A stretch of DNA of 64,000 nt from an uncultured archaeon (GTDB lineage: Archaea > Asgardarchaeota > Lokiarchaeia > Sigyniarchaeales > SOKP01). Shown here piece by piece: positions 59,403 to 64,000 of this stretch. Positions within the stretch are counted from its first letter, which is position 1; every line of letters starts with the position of its first letter. The notes under the pieces were generated by a model, which saw only the letters and a list, made by a program, of their open reading frames with translations, had not been told where the DNA came from and did no database searches. Both the position numbers and the translations under genes were made by a program. The stretch covers positions 1 through 64,000 of the forward strand of contig CAZWEM010000009.1 in assembly GCA_964632315.1 (NCBI GenBank), given 5' to 3'.

Positions 59403-62400
59403 ATGGTTATAAATATTAAAGGTTATACTTGCCCTTTCTGTAGCAACGATTTAGAATCAAAATATTCTAAATGTTTCAATATATATTGCCAAGGCCAAGA
59501 ATTTAATATAGGAAATTTAATCAATTATAGATTTAACCTTGAATTAGGTATAGGGAGAATAATAGGGAAATTAGAAATTCCGACCTCTAAATCTCTTGAT
59601 GAAGAGGATACTCAGTATATTATTAAATATAAAGTCAGATTTGAGAATAATGTCACTAAGATAATCCATCCTATTGACTTAATTCATCATGTTTTTCAAT
59701 TGAATGAGCGAGTAGTCACTCGTAATGGAGTTGGAGTTATCAATTCCAATGATTTTCTACTAGAAAATGGAAAGATTTCATATGAAGTCCTTTATCCAAA
59801 TGGGAAACTCGATCAAGTCTCTGAATCTGATACTTTCTCCATTTATCAAGAACCAGTGAAGAAAATTTTAGAACAAAAGAAACTTGATCCGCCGAGACAA
59901 TTCCTAATTAAATATTGGGCGAATCTCTTTCATTCATTTTATACTTCGTATCAAATTAAATGTATAACAAACTCTAGACTTACTTTAATGCCACATCAAA
60001 TAAATGTCGCTCACCGATTATCAGAGGAATATTTTCCAAGAGTCATTTTAGCAGATGAGGTTGGGCTTGGAAAGACTATTGAAGCAGGAATATACGTAAA
60101 GGAAATGATGGCCAGGAACTTGGCAGAAAGAGTTTTAATCATTGTGCCAGCAACTTTAGTAAGACAATGGCAATTCGAAATGGAAAACAAATTCAACATG
60201 GAATTTGTAATCTATGATGGACAAAAAATAAAAGAACTCAAAAAAAATGGGAATATTTATAGTCAAGATAAATTAAGAAATCCTTTTTTTTACGATAATT
60301 GTATTATATGCTCACTTCAATTTGCCAGAAATCCGAAATATGCAGAACTTTTAGGTCAAGTTTCATGGGATATAATCATATTTGATGAGGCACATCATTT
60401 AAGGAGATATATTACAAATTTATCCACAGGAAATTATAGAGAAACTCTTAATTATAGTTTAGCGAGAAATTTAAGTGATAGTTGCCAGAGCTTATTATTA
60501 TTAACTGCCACCCCACTTCAACTTCATTCATTTGAATTATTTTCTTTAATCGAACTAATAAAGGGGGGTACTTTCGAGAATTTTTCTGACTTTGAGCATT
60601 TTAGGAAAAATCTACCGTTCATAAATTTACTTGTTTTTAACTTGAATAATATAAGTCATCTTAATAATTTTGAAGTAAAAAACACCATAAAATTATTAAA
60701 AAATTTAGGGTATATCAACAAGCGGGATTCCGATATTAAAATACTTGAGCATCTTAATTCAGATGATTACAAATTTGAACTCATTAAAAAGGTTGAAAAG
60801 GACCATACATTATCAAAATTTCTAATTCGCAATCGTAAAAAGAATGTATTCTTTGATGAATATTTGAATAAAAGAATTGTCCAAACTATAATGGTACATC
60901 CAAAAAACGAAGAACTTGAAATCTATAATGAAATTCGCCTTTATCTTGCAAAAATTTACAATACCTCCGTGAGTAAAACAAATGTAGGACTCGGATTTGT
61001 TATTACAACCTTGCAAAAATTACTTACTAGCTCTAAAATTGCATTTTTAAAGAGCATTGAGAGACGCCTAGATCAAATTGAGCGCTCGAAGAGCTTAAGT
61101 TCCCAAGTTGATGACATTTTTGATGAAGATCCCGAGTTTTTTGAATCTGAATTAGAAGATGAATATTTAGACTCAGAAATTTCTTTCAATTCAAATCGGG
61201 AAAAAGAACCATTGTTAAACTTAACCAACCAAGAACGAATCTTAAAGCATTTTTATGAGAAATTAATATCAATTCCATATGATTCCAAATTAGATGCTCT
61301 TTTAAACTTGATGGAATCAATTTATAGAGATAATCCAAAAGAAAAGATATTAGTTTTTACTCAATTCGTCGATACACTTTTTTATCTACGAGATCTATTA
61401 TCCAAACAAGGATATTCTACTTATATTTTTTATGGAGGGATGGATAAAGTAGAGAAACAGCATGCTGTGGAAAAATTTAGGGCAGACGAGGATTTTTCAA
61501 TTCTACTATCTACAGAAATAGGAGGAGAGGGTCGCAATTTTCAATTCTGTAGGATTCTTATGAATTATGATCTTCCATGGAACCCCATGAAGTTAGAACA
61601 GAGAATAGGACGTTTAGATAGAATTGGTCAGCAATCGAAAGAAATTTTCATTTATAATTTTTTCTTAGAAGGAACTATTGAAACAGATATAATATTTGCC
61701 TTAGATAAACGCATAAACCTATTCGAAGAATCAATTGGACAACTTGAACCGATCATAGGAAACATCGAAAAAGATATGAAGGATTTAATATTTGCCTCAG
61801 AGAAAGAAAAACGTAGAAAATTAAACGAATTCACGCGTAAGCTTGATATGGAAGTAAAAAGGGCTAAAGAAATTGAAGTTCAATTGGACGATTTAATGAT
61901 TGATAAGAAATCATTTCAAGTTGATGATTTAGTCACTTCTAGGGATAGTTGCGAAGAAGTGAAGCTTAGTCATAATGAACTTTATTTATTGATAAAATAT
62001 TTCTTCAACTTGGAAGAAGGAAAATATGGATTCTTTATTCCCGAAAAAGAAAATACAGTGAATAGTGAAGTCACGATTAAAATCTCGGAGGAATTGCGTA
62101 ATAATGAACGATTAAGATTGTTTGAGGAATATTCTGGCACATTTGGATTGAATCTTGCGCGTGAAATGGAAGAGATCGATTTTTTTGCCTTAGGTCATCC
62201 TCTCATTACGAATTTAATTGAATACTGTGAATCTAGGGCTTTCAATGGCTTATATACAATTTTATTTTTGAAGAAAAATGCACTTCCCTCAAGATTGGTA
62301 AATAAGATAAACCAGTCCAATACATTTTATCTCTTTATTTTTAGCATAAAGTTTCAAGGATATATCATTGAAAATCAATACAATGCCATTATTATTGATA

Positions 62401-62963
62401 AAAATGGTAATGAGATTGAACATTTGGCTGAATTTTGTTTAGATATAGGACAATATGACAAAATTTTTGATTTTACCAATTCAACTCCTAAAAATATAGA
62501 AGTAGATTCTCAAAAAATTGATACTTTAAGAGATCATGCTAAAAAAATCCTTAAAAGGAAAACCTCCGCATGGAAAAAGGAAATTAAGCGATTGAACGAT
62601 AAAATTTTTGAGATTGAAAGATCTAAAAAAGAGAAAATTCACCTAAATAAGAAACGATTGCTTAAATACAAAAAAGAAATTCTTTTTATAAAACTAGAGA
62701 GAAAAGAACGTCAAAGACCTACGAAACGTCAGATGCGAAATATCTATGATTTGACTGACAAGAAGAAGCAAGAAGAGAAATTAGATAATATTAACTCTTT
62801 AGAGGAAGAAATTAAGTTCATTAAAAAGGATATTGAAATTGTTGAGAGAAAATTGGATGATTTAGAGTTTCAATTCGAAGATGCGAAAAAGGACTTAAAA
62901 AAGCAAAATTTGGCGAAATTCTATACGAATATTAGTTCGTTCGCTATTATTAAGGTGCTTTAA
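59403..62963 (+). CDS. SNF2/RapA-like helicase with N-terminal Zn-finger and C-terminal coiled coil
   Basis: LADEVGLGKT, DEAH, LLLTATP, GGEGRN, YDLPWNP, EQRIGRLDRIGQ; CPFC...CFNIYC; ATG at 59403 preferred to TTG at 59325. Confidence 0.9.
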   Translation: MVINIKGYTCPFCSNDLESKYSKCFNIYCQGQEFNIGNLINYRFNLELGIGRIIGKLEIPTSKSLDEEDTQYIIKYKVRFENNVTKIIHPIDLIHHVFQLNERVVTRNGVGVINSNDFLLENGKISYEVLYPNGKLDQVSESDTFSIYQEPVKKILEQKKLDPPRQFLIKYWANLFHSFYTSYQIKCITNSRLTLMPHQINVAHRLSEEYFPRVILADEVGLGKTIEAGIYVKEMMARNLAERVLIIVPATLVRQWQFEMENKFNMEFVIYDGQKIKELKKNGNIYSQDKLRNPFFYDNCIICSLQFARNPKYAELLGQVSWDIIIFDEAHHLRRYITNLSTGNYRETLNYSLARNLSDSCQSLLLLTATPLQLHSFELFSLIELIKGGTFENFSDFEHFRKNLPFINLLVFNLNNISHLNNFEVKNTIKLLKNLGYINKRDSDIKILEHLNSDDYKFELIKKVEKDHTLSKFLIRNRKKNVFFDEYLNKRIVQTIMVHPKNEELEIYNEIRLYLAKIYNTSVSKTNVGLGFVITTLQKLLTSSKIAFLKSIERRLDQIERSKSLSSQVDDIFDEDPEFFESELEDEYLDSEISFNSNREKEPLLNLTNQERILKHFYEKLISIPYDSKLDALLNLMESIYRDNPKEKILVFTQFVDTLFYLRDLLSKQGYSTYIFYGGMDKVEKQHAVEKFRADEDFSILLSTEIGGEGRNFQFCRILMNYDLPWNPMKLEQRIGRLDRIGQQSKEIFIYNFFLEGTIETDIIFALDKRINLFEESIGQLEPIIGNIEKDMKDLIFASEKEKRRKLNEFTRKLDMEVKRAKEIEVQLDDLMIDKKSFQVDDLVTSRDSCEEVKLSHNELYLLIKYFFNLEEGKYGFFIPEKENTVNSEVTIKISEELRNNERLRLFEEYSGTFGLNLAREMEEIDFFALGHPLITNLIEYCESRAFNGLYTILFLKKNALPSRLVNKINQSNTFYLFIFSIKFQGYIIENQYNAIIIDKNGNEIEHLAEFCLDIGQYDKIFDFTNSTPKNIEVDSQKIDTLRDHAKKILKRKTSAWKKEIKRLNDKIFEIERSKKEKIHLNKKRLLKYKKEILFIKLERKERQRPTKRQMRNIYDLTDKKKQEEKLDNINSLEEEIKFIKKDIEIVERKLDDLEFQFEDAKKDLKKQNLAKFYTNISSFAIIKVL

Positions 62964-62998
62964 TTATTTCGAGTAAATATTTCTTTATTTTTTTCACC

Positions 62999-63187
62999 TT
63001 ATAACCAAGTATATTCGCTTTTATCAAGTTTCTCATGGAATTTTTTTTCTTCTTTTTTCAATTGGCTTAGTTTGTTGTTTCTTGAATATGGCTTGAATTC
63101 TTTTTGATGATGTTTCCCTTCTTTATGATGTTTATTATTTTTAAGATGATTTACTCGGTGCTCGTATTTTTCACTCATATTGATCAT
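62999..63187 (-). CDS. Small His/Lys-rich hypothetical protein
   Basis: 62-aa ORF that fills an intergenic gap. Confidence 0.4.
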   Translation of the reverse strand: MINMSEKYEHRVNHLKNNKHHKEGKHHQKEFKPYSRNNKLSQLKKEEKKFHEKLDKSEYTWL

Positions 63188-63362
63188 TAATGTTACAATA
63201 AATAGTATATTTATAGGTCTCTATAATCATTTTTTATGCTTTTCTTTATAAGTACCAAGAAATTCGAGAGTAATTCCTAATTTGACTAAATAGTCCAAGA
63301 AGATTTATATTTTGAATCATCAAATATATTGATCAATTAATTTAATAGAGGTACGAAAAAAA

Positions 63363-64000
63363 ATGGAACCACCTAAGTGGCATATTAGTGATGATCGTCC
63401 TTGGTTTAATTCTGGTTTATGGCAAGAAGGCGTGCCAAAACACCCTACATTTCCTCTAATTTCATTAGGAGACTGGTTTGATGAAAAATCTGAAGAATTT
63501 GGGAAAAATAAATATGCTTGGTTTTCGAAAACATTCATGAACTACAGAGTTTTGAGGAAGTATGTCGATTCTTTAGCAACTTCATTATCACGTCAAGGAA
63601 TTCAAAAAGGAGATGTAATTGCAATATTGCTTCCCAATAGTTTTCAATTTACAATTGGATACTTTGCTACTGTGAAATTAGGAGCAATAGTTGTTCCAAT
63701 TAATCCTACGTACAAGCCAATAGAAATTTTAAGTGTGCTGCAAAAAGTGAAAGCTAAGGCTCTAATTTGCATGGATGCGATGTATGGATTAATTAAACCC
63801 ATTAAAGAAAAGCATAACTTCGAATTTGTAATCTCCACAAATATTGTGGATTTAGCGGCAATCCCCCCTGCAATCAAGGAACAACTTATCGCAGAGGGAA
63901 CAATTCCAACTGGAGAAGTACCTGGCGCAATTAATTTTCTCGATGCTTGCCAAAAACGAGGGGAAGTGGATATTCCTGAAGTCGAGATTGATCCTCTCAA
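63363..64000 (+). CDS. Long-chain fatty acid-CoA ligase / AMP-binding enzyme (runs off the window)
   Basis: MEPPKWHISDDRPWF...GIQKGDVIAILLPNSFQF...KLGAIVVPINPTY; GAGGT upstream. Confidence 0.85.
   Translation, partial: MEPPKWHISDDRPWFNSGLWQEGVPKHPTFPLISLGDWFDEKSEEFGKNKYAWFSKTFMNYRVLRKYVDSLATSLSRQGIQKGDVIAILLPNSFQFTIGYFATVKLGAIVVPINPTYKPIEILSVLQKVKAKALICMDAMYGLIKPIKEKHNFEFVISTNIVDLAAIPPAIKEQLIAEGTIPTGEVPGAINFLDACQKRGEVDIPEVEIDPL

Noticed and set aside
819-61834. Many 60-180 aa ORFs overlapping long genes
   Set aside because: Antisense or alternate-frame shadows with no motifs.
63320-64000. Minus-strand ORFs 63320-63538 and 63644-64000
   Set aside because: Antisense to the acyl-CoA ligase starting at 63363 on the plus strand.
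1-64000. tRNA or rRNA genes, and further BHB introns
   Set aside because: No GC-rich cloverleaf or rRNA-like segment was seen. Other genes have intact N-terminal motifs, though stop-free in-frame introns could escape reading by eye.

Overview
AT-rich, gene-dense archaeal window with Asgard (Lokiarchaeia/Promethearchaeia-like) hallmarks: a Rab-like GTPase next to a TPR protein, surface proteins ending in IPG[YF]-type membrane tails, and selenoprotein genes followed by a eukaryote-like SECIS. It encodes hydrolases, peptidases, transporters, two very large repeat surface proteins, a HerA-like ATPase, a class I GAPDH, a redox cluster (HdrA-MvhD-FdhB-like, AOR, HdrD/GltD fusion, NfnA, FrhB/NfnB fusion), a sulfotransferase, an SNF2 helicase and a truncated acyl-CoA ligase. 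Main discovery: two conserved protein-coding genes, gap and the selenoprotein mvhD/vhuD, are each interrupted near the 5' end by a 30-31 nt hairpin insert with an in-frame TAA. Each insert folds with its flanks into a bulge-helix-bulge (BHB) motif, and cutting at the canonical endonuclease positions restores the conserved motifs exactly (VSINGFGRIG; FLCWKUGYG). These are candidate tRNA-endonuclease-type mRNA micro-introns in an Asgard archaeon. In addition, hdrA and mvhD carry four in-frame UGA (Sec) codons that apparently share one downstream SECIS. All calls come from reading the sequence; no searches or folding programs were run.
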